From Candidatus Latescibacterota bacterium (GTDB lineage Bacteria; Latescibacterota; UBA2968): a stretch of 64,000 bases of DNA. The position numbers and the translations under genes were made by a program. The stretch lies in NCBI GenBank assembly GCA_965207885.1, contig OZ242311.1, positions 4,640,001-4,704,000 on the forward strand. Reading direction: 5' to 3'. The notes beneath the pieces were generated by a model. That model worked only from the letters and a program-made list of their open reading frames with translations. It did not search any database and had not been told where the DNA came from. Shown here one piece after another: positions 37,625 through 46,918 of this stretch (position 1 is the stretch's first letter; each line of letters starts with the position of its first letter).

Positions 37625-39022
37625 ATGCAGACGTTCTTGAAAACCTTTATTTATCACCGGTTCACCAACCGGGTGGGAAAAGCACTCGCGGTGCTCGGTT
37701 TGCTTGCGTGTGCTACAACCGCCGCGCATGCAGCGGTTGACGAGGAAACCCTGTTCGTCTTCAATACTTTTTCATTCCTTATTTGGGGCGCGCTGGTGAT
37801 GTGGATGTGCGCGGGATTTACCATGCTCGAGTCCGGCTCTGTGCGCACGAAGAATGCCTCCATGATCTGCCTGAAGAATATTGGCATCTATTCCATTGCC
37901 GGGCTTGCCTACTATTTCATCGGCTATAATCTCATGTACGTCGATGTGGAGAGTGTGATCGGTTCATTTAAATTCTTATACGGACCATCTGGCGATGAGA
38001 TTGCTCTGCTGGCGGCGGAAAATGATGCTGCAAAGGCGGCCGCAACGGCGGCAGTAGTTAAGAACGGCTATTCCACTATGTCGGACTGGTTTTTCCAGAT
38101 GGTCTTTGTTGCGACCACCGCTTCTATTGTCTCTGGAGCTCTGGCTGAACGAGTCAGGTTGTGGTCCTTTTTCCTTTTTATTCTGGTGATGACAGCGGTT
38201 ATCTATCCCATCGTCGGTGCGTGGACATGGGGCGAGGGATGGCTAAGTGCGATGGGTTTCAAGGATTTTGCTGGATCGACCATCGTGCATAGCACCGGTG
38301 GCTGGGCGGCTCTTGCTGGTGCGATAGTCGTTGGGCCGAGGTTGGGTAAATTCCGCAGCGATGGTACGGTCAAATCCACGCCACCATCCAATATTCTTGT
38401 GGTGACGCTGGGTGTCTTCATCTTGTGGTTAGGCTGGTTTGGCTTCAACGGTGGATCGCAACTGGCATTGGGAAGCGCGCTTGACGCGGTCGCGATGAGT
38501 CATGTACTGGTCAATACCAATCTGGCGGCCGCAGCCGGTGTTATGGCAGCTCTTTTAGTTTCTCGACCGATCCTGGGGCGCATAGATCTGTTTGCAGGGC
38601 TGAATGGCGCAATCGCCGGTCTGGTCTCGATTACTGCTGGCCCCGATATTGTTGCTCATTACTGGTCGGTCATTATTGGTGCTATTGGCGCAGTTGTGTG
38701 TACTGCCGGAATCAAGCTTCTGGAAAAAATCAAGGTGGATGATGTGGTGGGGGCGATACCGGCTCACCTGTTCGCCGGTATCTGGGGCACCATAGCGGTC
38801 TGCATCGCTGGCGGCGGCAACTTAGGCGTGCAATTGATCGGCATCGTAGCGATTGGCGCATTCGTGTTTGTGACCTCGTGGGTTTTGTGGCGCGTGATTG
38901 ATATGATGTTGAGTGCGCGTGTGTCGCGCCAGGTCGAACAATTGGGTCAGGATGTCGGGGAATTGGGAATTGACGCCTATCCCGAATTTGTGCTTATGCC
39001 GGAAGAGGATGATGAGGAATAA
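37625..39022 (+). CDS. amt: Ammonium transporter
   Basis: FFQMVF, SGALAER, DFAGSTIVH, GWFGFNGGS, DDVVGAIPAH; GGAGGAG RBS. Confidence 0.95.
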   Translation: MQTFLKTFIYHRFTNRVGKALAVLGLLACATTAAHAAVDEETLFVFNTFSFLIWGALVMWMCAGFTMLESGSVRTKNASMICLKNIGIYSIAGLAYYFIGYNLMYVDVESVIGSFKFLYGPSGDEIALLAAENDAAKAAATAAVVKNGYSTMSDWFFQMVFVATTASIVSGALAERVRLWSFFLFILVMTAVIYPIVGAWTWGEGWLSAMGFKDFAGSTIVHSTGGWAALAGAIVVGPRLGKFRSDGTVKSTPPSNILVVTLGVFILWLGWFGFNGGSQLALGSALDAVAMSHVLVNTNLAAAAGVMAALLVSRPILGRIDLFAGLNGAIAGLVSITAGPDIVAHYWSVIIGAIGAVVCTAGIKLLEKIKVDDVVGAIPAHLFAGIWGTIAVCIAGGGNLGVQLIGIVAIGAFVFVTSWVLWRVIDMMLSARVSRQVEQLGQDVGELGIDAYPEFVLMPEEDDEE

Positions 39023-39963
39023 GCGCTGGCAAGAATCTTCTGCATATCTTCTGGTGGATGTGCTTCAAACATCATTTCTTCTTGTGTTACGGGATGCACA
39101 AATGTCAATCGAGTCGCGTGGAGCATCTGTCGATTTGTTTGCGCGAGCAGGTGGGTTGCCTCTCTCCGAAACAGAGGGGCAATCCCAGACAGCCGATCCT
39201 CGCGTCCACCGTATAGCGGGTCGCCAAATACAGGACGATTGAGATGCGCGAGGTGCACTCTGATCTGGTGTGTACGACCCGTCTCCAGCGCGAGTGATAG
39301 CAAAGAGAGAAAATCGTAGCGCGCTCTTATTTTCCAGCGCGTTGCTGCATATCTCCCATTCTGAGAAACGGCCATTCGCCTTCGATTTTTTGGATGCCTT
39401 CCAATTGGTGCTTCTATGCGCCCCTCATCCACTTCAAAGCCCCCCCATATCAACGCGAGATAACGCCGCTCCATTGCACGGGCTTCCAACTGGGCAGCCA
39501 ATCCGCGATGCCCTTTATCACTTTTGGCGACGACCATCAGCCCCGATGTGTCTTTGTCCAGCCGATGTACAATACCCGGTCGTAAAACCCCGTTGATACC
39601 CGATAAATGCGTGCAATGTGACAGGAGAGCATTGACGAGTGTTCCCGAGGTCACGCTCCCCGCAGGGTGTACTATCATACCCGCAGGTTTGTCGAGTACC
39701 AGCACATGATCATCTTCAAAAAAAATATCCAGAGGTATATCCTCTGGATTAATTGTACTATCTATTGGAGGGGGTATATCTATTGTGATGCTATCGCCAA
39801 CCACCAGCCGATAGCTCGACCGCGTCGTCTTTCCATTGATGCATACAGCACCCTCGACAATCAATTTTTGAAGGCGTGAACGCGAAAATTCTGGGCGTTG
39901 GTCGGTCAAATAGCGGTCCAGACGCTGGCCTTCATGTTGGGGCAGAATTTTTAGATGAATCAC
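38977..39963 (-). CDS. rluD: RluA/RluD-family 23S rRNA pseudouridine synthase
   Basis: S4 domain (RLDRYL..SRSRLQ), KPAGMIVHP, HRLDKDTSG, GRTHQIR, QMLHA; probable GTG start 39963; 3' end overlaps amt by 46 nt. Confidence 0.9.
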   Translation of the reverse strand: MIHLKILPQHEGQRLDRYLTDQRPEFSRSRLQKLIVEGAVCINGKTTRSSYRLVVGDSITIDIPPPIDSTINPEDIPLDIFFEDDHVLVLDKPAGMIVHPAGSVTSGTLVNALLSHCTHLSGINGVLRPGIVHRLDKDTSGLMVVAKSDKGHRGLAAQLEARAMERRYLALIWGGFEVDEGRIEAPIGRHPKNRRRMAVSQNGRYAATRWKIRARYDFLSLLSLALETGRTHQIRVHLAHLNRPVFGDPLYGGREDRLSGIAPLFRREATHLLAQTNRQMLHATRLTFVHPVTQEEMMFEAHPPEDMQKILASAYSSSSSSGISTNSG

Positions 39964-40429
39964 GGTTGTACACCGTCTTACGGTGTTTAGATGTGATGCC
40001 AAAAGCAAAAATTAAAAGGGCGGTTCCCACACTGACGCAGGTATCCGCGAGGTTAAAAACCCACCACCGCGCAGTTCCAATGCCAAAATCGAGAAAATCA
40101 ATTACGACGCCAAATCGCACGCGGTCGATGATATTGCCAATTGCACCTCCCAGTACCAGAGTCAAACCAATGGCTGCGAGACGGTCTTCTGGAGAGATCC
40201 GCCACAGTAACCCACCAACCACTATGAGTGCCACACAAGCCAGTAACAGGTGCAGGTATGGGTTGCCCAATCGGATGCCGAATACTGCACCCGGATTGTG
40301 AATGTAGGTCAGCTTAAAAAAAGATCCCAATACCGGTACAGATTCTCCCAAGGTCATGGTTTGCAACACCCACCATTTGGTGAATTGATCCAGCATCAGT
40401 GCCACGCCTGTAATCCACAAAAATCTCAC
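39932..40429 (-). CDS. lspA: Lipoprotein signal peptidase II
   Basis: DQFTK, NPGAVFG, GGAIGNIIDR...VIDF, FNLAD. Confidence 0.95.
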   Translation of the reverse strand: MRFLWITGVALMLDQFTKWWVLQTMTLGESVPVLGSFFKLTYIHNPGAVFGIRLGNPYLHLLLACVALIVVGGLLWRISPEDRLAAIGLTLVLGGAIGNIIDRVRFGVVIDFLDFGIGTARWWVFNLADTCVSVGTALLIFAFGITSKHRKTVYNRDSSKNSAPT

Positions 40430-40438
40430 AAGTACACC

Positions 40439-40810
40439 TCATGCCGATTTGTTTTGTTTTTCTTTACAAGGAACGCAAACTTCCGTGGTCGGCACCGCTT
40501 CCAGTCTTTCTCTTGGGATGGGATCTTTACACGCTCGACACACGCCAAATTCGCGTTTTTTGATGCGCGCTAAAGCGGCTTCAATTTGGTCCAGATAAGC
40601 ACCGTCGCGTGCTGCAAATAGAAAAGCCTTTTCGCGTTCCATGGTCGAATTGCCCAAATCGGGCATGTGATCTGAATACGTCAGGTCGCCCGACGATTCT
40701 GCCGAGGTGATCTGCATGGAATGGCTCTGCAAAGTGCCCAGGTCTTTAACGATAGAGGTGCGTTTGGTCTCTAAAAGATTTCTGAAATACTCCAGATCAC
40801 GGTTTGTCAT
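40439..40810 (-). CDS. TraR/DksA C4-type zinc finger protein
   Basis: Coiled coil with HMPDLG tip; CRAC...ERLEAVP...CVPC. Confidence 0.88.
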   Translation of the reverse strand: MTNRDLEYFRNLLETKRTSIVKDLGTLQSHSMQITSAESSGDLTYSDHMPDLGNSTMEREKAFLFAARDGAYLDQIEAALARIKKREFGVCRACKDPIPRERLEAVPTTEVCVPCKEKQNKSA

Positions 40811-40811
40811 T

Positions 40812-41276
40812 TTAATCCTTTCTATCCACAGCTTCCCGAATTTGACGCGCGTTTTCTTCGATTAGCGCGCGTTGTTCCGGCCAGAAAAACACAGGGAGTG
40901 GATCGAGTGGCACCCAGGACATGCTTTCGTGGTGCGTTGTGTCGGTTGGCACGGCATCAATCTGCTCGGTCGAATACAAAAAATAATGTGTTATTTTCCA
41001 CTCTTTCTTGTGGAAATCAAGTCGTTCTTTTGTACCGAGTTTTTCCACGAGTTGCAGTTTTGATACCCCAACTTCTTCTTCGATCTCTCGTCGGGCAGCA
41101 CATTCGATTTTCTCGCCCGCTTCAATGTGTCCTTTGGGCAACACATAGTCGGTGTGCCCTCTTTCGCTGGCCAGAGCCAGCAATATCTGATGGCCATCCC
41201 AACGCACCACCACACCGCCCGCAGCGTGACGTTCTCGCAACCCTTTGGGGCGTTTGTACCAGCTATCGTCGATCAT
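40812..41276 (-). CDS. NUDIX hydrolase
   Basis: LPKGHIEAGEKIECAARREIEEEVG Nudix box. Confidence 0.9.
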   Translation of the reverse strand: MIDDSWYKRPKGLRERHAAGGVVVRWDGHQILLALASERGHTDYVLPKGHIEAGEKIECAARREIEEEVGVSKLQLVEKLGTKERLDFHKKEWKITHYFLYSTEQIDAVPTDTTHHESMSWVPLDPLPVFFWPEQRALIEENARQIREAVDRKD

Positions 41277-41303
41277 AAAAGTTATCAGTGGCTCGCGTCT
41301 TCC

Positions 41304-42185
41304 TCACGCCCAGTACTTGTCGTATAAAAGACTGAGACGTTCTTTTGCCGCGCTGGAAATAGCATCTGGCGATGTAATAATCGCAAATTGTGCGGCATTG
41401 AGACAATCGCAATCCGATGTTCTGGGCAACTGTGCAGCCAATGTGCATACAATTTGATTTGCGTGTTCGGCATTGGCTTTTAACACAGCGACCACAGCTT
41501 CGACCGACACATCTTCTTCGGCTTCATGCCAGCAATCGTAATCGGTGCCAGTAGCCAGCATCGCATAACACATTTCGGCCTCGCGCGCGAGCTTGGCTTC
41601 GGGCAAAGCCGTCATCCCGATCACGGTCGCATTGACTTCTCGGCGGTAAAAATGGGACTCTGCGCGCGTGGAGAACTGCGGTCCCTCCATACAGATATAC
41701 GTTCCGCCATCGTGGGTGGTCACTCCGGAATTTTTTGCAGCAACCAACAGCAAATCGCGCAATTCGCCGCAAAAAGGATCGGCAAAAGCCACATGTCCGG
41801 CGATGCCCCCGCCAAAAAATGTGCTTGCACGGATGCCGCGGGTGCGATCAAAAATTTGATCGGGCACTACCATATCACCCGGTTTTATGGTTCCCTGCAT
41901 AATTCCCACAGCACTTATCGCCAACAGATGCGTCACGCCCATCTGTTTCATGGCATATACATTGGCGCGATAGGGCACTTCAGAAGGCAACAGCACATGC
42001 CCGCGTCCATGACGGGGCAAAAAATATACCGATTGGTCGCTTATACGCGTTTCGACAACTGCATCTGAGGGCGCGCCAAAAGGTGTGGCAAGGCGATGTT
42101 CGGCTACGATTTCCACACCTTCCATGTGATAAACACCAGATCCGCCCATAACACCCAGTCGAACAATCTGTTCAGGCATCTTCAT
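41304..42185 (-). CDS. mtnP: S-methyl-5'-thioadenosine phosphorylase
   Basis: GVMGGSG, TPFGAPS, LPRHGRGH, EGPQFSTRAES, GMT..PEAKLARE, TDYDCW. Confidence 0.9.
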   Translation of the reverse strand: MKMPEQIVRLGVMGGSGVYHMEGVEIVAEHRLATPFGAPSDAVVETRISDQSVYFLPRHGRGHVLLPSEVPYRANVYAMKQMGVTHLLAISAVGIMQGTIKPGDMVVPDQIFDRTRGIRASTFFGGGIAGHVAFADPFCGELRDLLLVAAKNSGVTTHDGGTYICMEGPQFSTRAESHFYRREVNATVIGMTALPEAKLAREAEMCYAMLATGTDYDCWHEAEEDVSVEAVVAVLKANAEHANQIVCTLAAQLPRTSDCDCLNAAQFAIITSPDAISSAAKERLSLLYDKYWA

Positions 42186-42693
42186 CGTCCTGATCTGTGG
42201 CTTCATCTTCTACTTTCGGGATATCCTCTTGCACCACATCGAAGGTTGTCACTTTCAATTGATCTAAAAAATCAGTCTGAACCTGTATCAGAGCTTTAAA
42301 TCTGGACAAGAACATATCGCGTTGATTTTGTAACTCCACAATCTCTGTGCGGATCTCATGCACCTGCGTGCGCGCTTTTTCAATGGCCCGATTGCTGCGG
42401 ATCTCTGCTTCTTTCACAATCAGCCGCGCTTCTTTTTGCCCATTTTCCTTGACTTCCTCAGCCGTTTGTTGGGCAGTTCTGAGCATCTCCTGGAGGGTTT
42501 GCTCTATTGACCGATAGTGATGCACTTCTGATTGCAACGCATTGAGATGTTCTTTTAGTTCGATATTTTCGGCGCCGAGATGTTCGACTTCTGTAGCCAG
42601 CATGTCGAGAAATGCCTGCACTTCCTCTTGATCATAACCGCGAAAAGACTTCTTAAAAATCTGCTTGCGAATATCCAGTGGTGTGATGTTCAC
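42172..42693 (-). CDS. divIVA: DivIVA-domain protein
   Basis: ITPLDIRKQIFKKSFRGYDQEEV followed by coiled coil. Confidence 0.9.
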   Translation of the reverse strand: MNITPLDIRKQIFKKSFRGYDQEEVQAFLDMLATEVEHLGAENIELKEHLNALQSEVHHYRSIEQTLQEMLRTAQQTAEEVKENGQKEARLIVKEAEIRSNRAIEKARTQVHEIRTEIVELQNQRDMFLSRFKALIQVQTDFLDQLKVTTFDVVQEDIPKVEDEATDQDDEDA

Positions 42694-42712
42694 ATTTCCC
42701 CTCCCCTAAGGG

Positions 42713-43300
42713 CTATAACTCAAATACACTTTGAATGGCACTTTGAACAACCTGCAGAAGTAAAATTAACAAAATGGGCGACAAATCGAACATGCCCAGT
42801 GGAGGAACGATCTGTCGAAAAGGTCCCATAATGGGCTCAGTCAAGCTATAAAGGGTCCACATAAATCTGCCCCCGCGCACAAAGGGCAACCACGAAAATA
42901 CGATACGCGCGATAATTAAAACCAGCAAAACCGCAACGGCTCCATAGAGCAACCATCCGATGATATGCAGGATTTCGCCAGAAGAAATACCGTGTAACAA
43001 TCCTATAAGTGAACGCAGCACATCGTTGGTCAACCACTTAAAAAAAAATGCCCCGATCAATGTCGCAATCACCAGAATCAACGGTGCCGCAGCGGTATTT
43101 CCAGGCATGTGTTGCGCAATGGGCCACACGAGCGGATCGGTTATGCGCCGAACATAATATTGAGACCAGCCAAAAGAACTCATACGCACCAAAATAGCGC
43201 GTAATAGCAATAACGTCACCATGCCGATTACCAATGCAACAAGCATCCAGTCAATGGCTTGTTGTATTAAAATAATCGCCTGAGCAACCACATCAACCAT
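42713..43300 (-). CDS. yggT: YggT-family membrane protein (two YGGT repeats)
   Basis: ITDPLV.P and LTEPIMGPFR.IVPP.G.FDLSP motifs. Confidence 0.85.
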   Translation of the reverse strand: MVDVVAQAIILIQQAIDWMLVALVIGMVTLLLLRAILVRMSSFGWSQYYVRRITDPLVWPIAQHMPGNTAAAPLILVIATLIGAFFFKWLTNDVLRSLIGLLHGISSGEILHIIGWLLYGAVAVLLVLIIARIVFSWLPFVRGGRFMWTLYSLTEPIMGPFRQIVPPLGMFDLSPILLILLLQVVQSAIQSVFEL

Positions 43301-43303
43301 AGT

Positions 43304-43987
43304 CTATACCGCCCGCTGGCCAAAAATCGCCGTGCCCACGCGAACCATTGTCGCGCCTTCTTCAATTGCGACTTCAAAGTCGCTGGTCATCCCCATAGAC
43401 AGGGCAGATACATGGGGCTTGTGAATTGCAATGCGGTCCCTGATTTGTCGCAATAAGACAAAATTTGGTCGCGCTGTTTCGGGGTCTGGATCAAATGCGC
43501 CAATTGTCATCAGCCCTGTCACCGAAACGCCCTGCAGGTCATCGACCTGCGCGACCAGATCCAATGCCGCGTTGGGCGATATGCCGAACTTCGATGTTTC
43601 GCCCGATGTATTTACCTGTACTAATACGCGAGTTGGGGTGTTTCTCCGCACGGCGCACCGGCTGATCTCTTTCGCCAGGCGCAATGTGTCAACCGAGTGA
43701 ATCAGGTCGAATAAAGGCAACGCCTGTTTGACTTTGTTGCGCTGTAGGTGTCCAACCAAATGCCATGATACCACGCCGTCCACCTCTGGGACCTTGTGCT
43801 GTGCCTCTTGTACGCGACTTTCACCTAAAACCCGTGTTCCCGCATCTACGACCTGTTGCACGACATCGGCAGGCCAGGTCTTTGTTATAACAATCAATTT
43901 AACCGCATCTGCCGACTGCCCGGACCGATGGATAGCCCTATCAATGCGGTCCTGGACGCGCTTTAAGTTCTCAGCAATTGCCGACAT
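43304..43987 (-). CDS. yggS: PLP homeostasis protein YggS
   Basis: ITKT, WHLVGHLQRNK, QVNTSGETSKFG, LSMGMTSDFEVAIEEGATMVRVGTAIFG. Confidence 0.95.
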   Translation of the reverse strand: MSAIAENLKRVQDRIDRAIHRSGQSADAVKLIVITKTWPADVVQQVVDAGTRVLGESRVQEAQHKVPEVDGVVSWHLVGHLQRNKVKQALPLFDLIHSVDTLRLAKEISRCAVRRNTPTRVLVQVNTSGETSKFGISPNAALDLVAQVDDLQGVSVTGLMTIGAFDPDPETARPNFVLLRQIRDRIAIHKPHVSALSMGMTSDFEVAIEEGATMVRVGTAIFGQRAV

Positions 43988-44194
43988 AGGTTTCGGTCTC
44001 AAGTGAAATATAGATTTTCTAATTTATGTAAAAAACAGTGTAATGGCAACAAAAACGGCTTGGAATACTGAGGTGAGCCGCACGAGGTTTTTTGCCATAT
44101 AGGCCAAAAAATCGTTGACCTTATACAGGGGATATATGTATCGTAGAGCGCAGTGTAAGGGTCCTTTCTCTCTTTCAAATCTGGAGCTATTCTT

Positions 44195-46128
44195 ATGCCG
44201 CGAAATGGTTATGGACACATGGTGCTGGATGATTATGTTGCGCGCGTGCGGGCTGTAAATGCCGATCGCGCAAAACGCCTATCATCTATCCGCAGTAAAA
44301 AAGAAGCTTTCGCATACCGCGATGAAGTGCGCGAGGCGATTGACAAAGCCTATCGCCCCTGGCCGAGTAAAACACCGCTCAATGCGCGTGTCGTCGGTAC
44401 AATTGAACGCCGCCATTACCGCATTGAAAAAATCCTTTTTGAGAGCCGTCCGGGGTGTTTGGTCACTGCCCACCTTTACGTGCCCAGCAACCTCGACGGG
44501 CCAGCACCTGGTATTATTGGCTCTTGCGGTCATGCTGCCGATGGCAAAAATGCACCGCTTTATCAGGCATTTTGTCAGCGTCTGGCGCGCAATGGTTTTG
44601 TCGTCTTGATCTACGATCCCTTTAATCAGGGCGAGCGCGATCAATATTATGCCCTGCACAGCCGCGAGAGTGTGCGGTCGTCAACACATGCCCACAATAT
44701 GATGGGCAAACAACTCGAACTCGTGGGCGAATGGTTTGGCGCGTGGCGCGCATGGGATGGTATCCGCGCACTCGACTATTTGCTTACCCGTCCCGAAGTC
44801 GATCCCGCGCATATCGGGCTTACGGGCAATTCGGGCGGCGGTACTATGACCAGTTGGATCTGGCCGGTGGAAGCGCGTTTTACTATGGCTGCCCCCAGTT
44901 GCTTTGTCACTACGTTTGCCGCCAATCTCGAAAATGAATTGCCCGCCGATTCGGAACAGTATCCGCCAGGTGTGATTGGCGCGGGCCTGGATATGGCTGA
45001 TTTTTTATTGCCCGAGCACCTGCTCCCGTCATTTTGCTCGGGCAAGCCTATTGCTTTTTTGACCGACGCGGTCTCAAACAAGCCTATTCTGAAATCCGTC
45101 GTTTCTACGATATCATTGGCGCGCCAACCAATGCGACTGATATTTTTATCGGGTCAGAAGGCCACGGATTTTTCCGCGATAATCAGGAAGCTATGGTGCA
45201 ATTTTTTGCAACACATGCGGGCATTCAGGAGGTTACCCGTTTGGAAGAGACCGAAGACTTGAGCGATGTCTTAAATGTCACCCCAAAAGGCGAGGTTGTG
45301 CCCGAAGGGGCTACCCCCATTTACGATCTGATTGCCCAAAAAGCAGATATTCTTGCATCAAAACGCAAAGCGTTGGGTAAGGATGAACTCACCCGTTGCG
45401 TGCAGAGCACGCTCAATTTGTCTGGTGACCGCGACCTGCCCCACCACCGCTGGTTGCGCAGCACGACGGAAGATGGTGTTCGCTTGGCGCGGTATGCGAT
45501 TGAAACCGAGGGCAATATTCGCGCTATTATGCGGAAGCGTCTGTCCAATCCTTCTTATTCGCATACGCTCGATGTCGAGCGCGAGGTTCATCTCTATTTG
45601 CCACATGTTTCTGCGGAAGAAGATTTGATAGAAGATCCTTTTGCGAAAGGATTGAAAGAACAGCATCCGCTCTATGCACTCGATGTACGCGGTCTGGGAG
45701 AATCGCTTGCCGATGATGAACGCGACTTTTTTCATCCTTATGGCAACGACTATATGTGCAATGGATATGGCCTGATGCTCGGTCAGAGCTTTCTCGGACG
45801 GCGGGTTCACGATGTGTTATCCACACTCGACCTGCTGGTTTATGAAGGCGCGAAAAAAATCCATCTTTACGGTCGCGGACAGGGTGCGATTCACGCGCTG
45901 TTTGCCGGATTTCTGCATTCTGCAGTGACGACTGTTACGCTGAAAAACTATCCACAGTCCTATCGGGTCTGGACACAAACGCCCCTGGTCAGTTGGCCTG
46001 CTGCCAATATCCCTCGGGGCGTTCTCACATCTTATGATCTGCCCGATTTGATACACGCTCTGGACAAGAAACTCGAGCTTATACAGCCCTGGGGGGCGGA
46101 TATGTCGGAAGTGGAAAGTGAGAAGTAG
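44195..46128 (+). pseudogene. Alpha/beta hydrolase (acetylxylan esterase-like, two domains), frameshifted at a T6 run (45001-45006)
   Basis: ORF 44195-45262 has the GNSGGG nucleophile elbow. Adding one T at 45001-45006 gives ...MADFFIARAPAPVILLGQAYCFFD, in frame with ORF 45034-46128. Confidence 0.8.
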
Positions 46129-46143
46129 GAAGTGTGAAGGAGT

Positions 46144-46902
46144 TCATCCTTCCAGCCGCTCGCGCAAATGGGCTTCCATTGCCACGAATTGGGGGTCGGC
46201 GCGCAAGGTGTTTTCCCGAGGGTGGGGAAAATGAACGCTCAGGTCTTCCGCGATTTTGCCGGGTCTGGCAGACATTACCACAACGCGGTCGGAGAGGAGC
46301 AATGCTTCGGAGATGCTGTGGGTTATAAATAAGACAGCAGCACCTGTTGCCTGCCATATTCGCAACAGTTCAATTTGCATCTTTTCCCGCGTCATTTCGT
46401 CCAGTGCCCCAAAAGGCTCGTCCATAAGCAAAACGGATGGGCGGAAGGTCAAGACTCTGGCTATGGCGACCCGCGATTGCATGCCGCCCGATAGTTCGCG
46501 CGGATACGCATGCTCAAATCCAGCCAGTCCGACAATGTCGATCATCTCAGAGACCCGGCTTAAAACTTCTGCGTCTCCAAAGACCTCGGCGGGTAGGCGC
46601 ACATTTTCTTCTACTGTGCGCCAGGCGAGAAGCGAGGGATGTTGAAATACAAAGCCCACCAACCGTTCGCGCCGTGCGGTTTCGGGTATTTTCCCCAGTA
46701 CGCGAACCGTGCCCTTTGTCGGTGTTTCCAGGTCGCCGACAATCCGCATTAAGCTCGTTTTGCCACATCCCGAGGGTCCGATCATACTGACAAATTCCCC
46801 CTGCGCTATTTGCAGAGAAATTTGTGCGAGTGCTTCTACCCGGTTGCTGTCGGTCACAAAAACCTTTTGAATATCCCGCAGTTCAATGGCTAATTCACTC
46901 AC
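46144..46902 (-). CDS. ABC transporter ATP-binding protein (NitT/TauT type)
   Basis: GPSGCGKT, LSGGMQSR, LLMDEPFGALD, FITH. Confidence 0.92.
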   Translation of the reverse strand: MSELAIELRDIQKVFVTDSNRVEALAQISLQIAQGEFVSMIGPSGCGKTSLMRIVGDLETPTKGTVRVLGKIPETARRERLVGFVFQHPSLLAWRTVEENVRLPAEVFGDAEVLSRVSEMIDIVGLAGFEHAYPRELSGGMQSRVAIARVLTFRPSVLLMDEPFGALDEMTREKMQIELLRIWQATGAAVLFITHSISEALLLSDRVVVMSARPGKIAEDLSVHFPHPRENTLRADPQFVAMEAHLRERLEG

Positions 46903-46918
46903 TTCGCGTCTTACCTTT

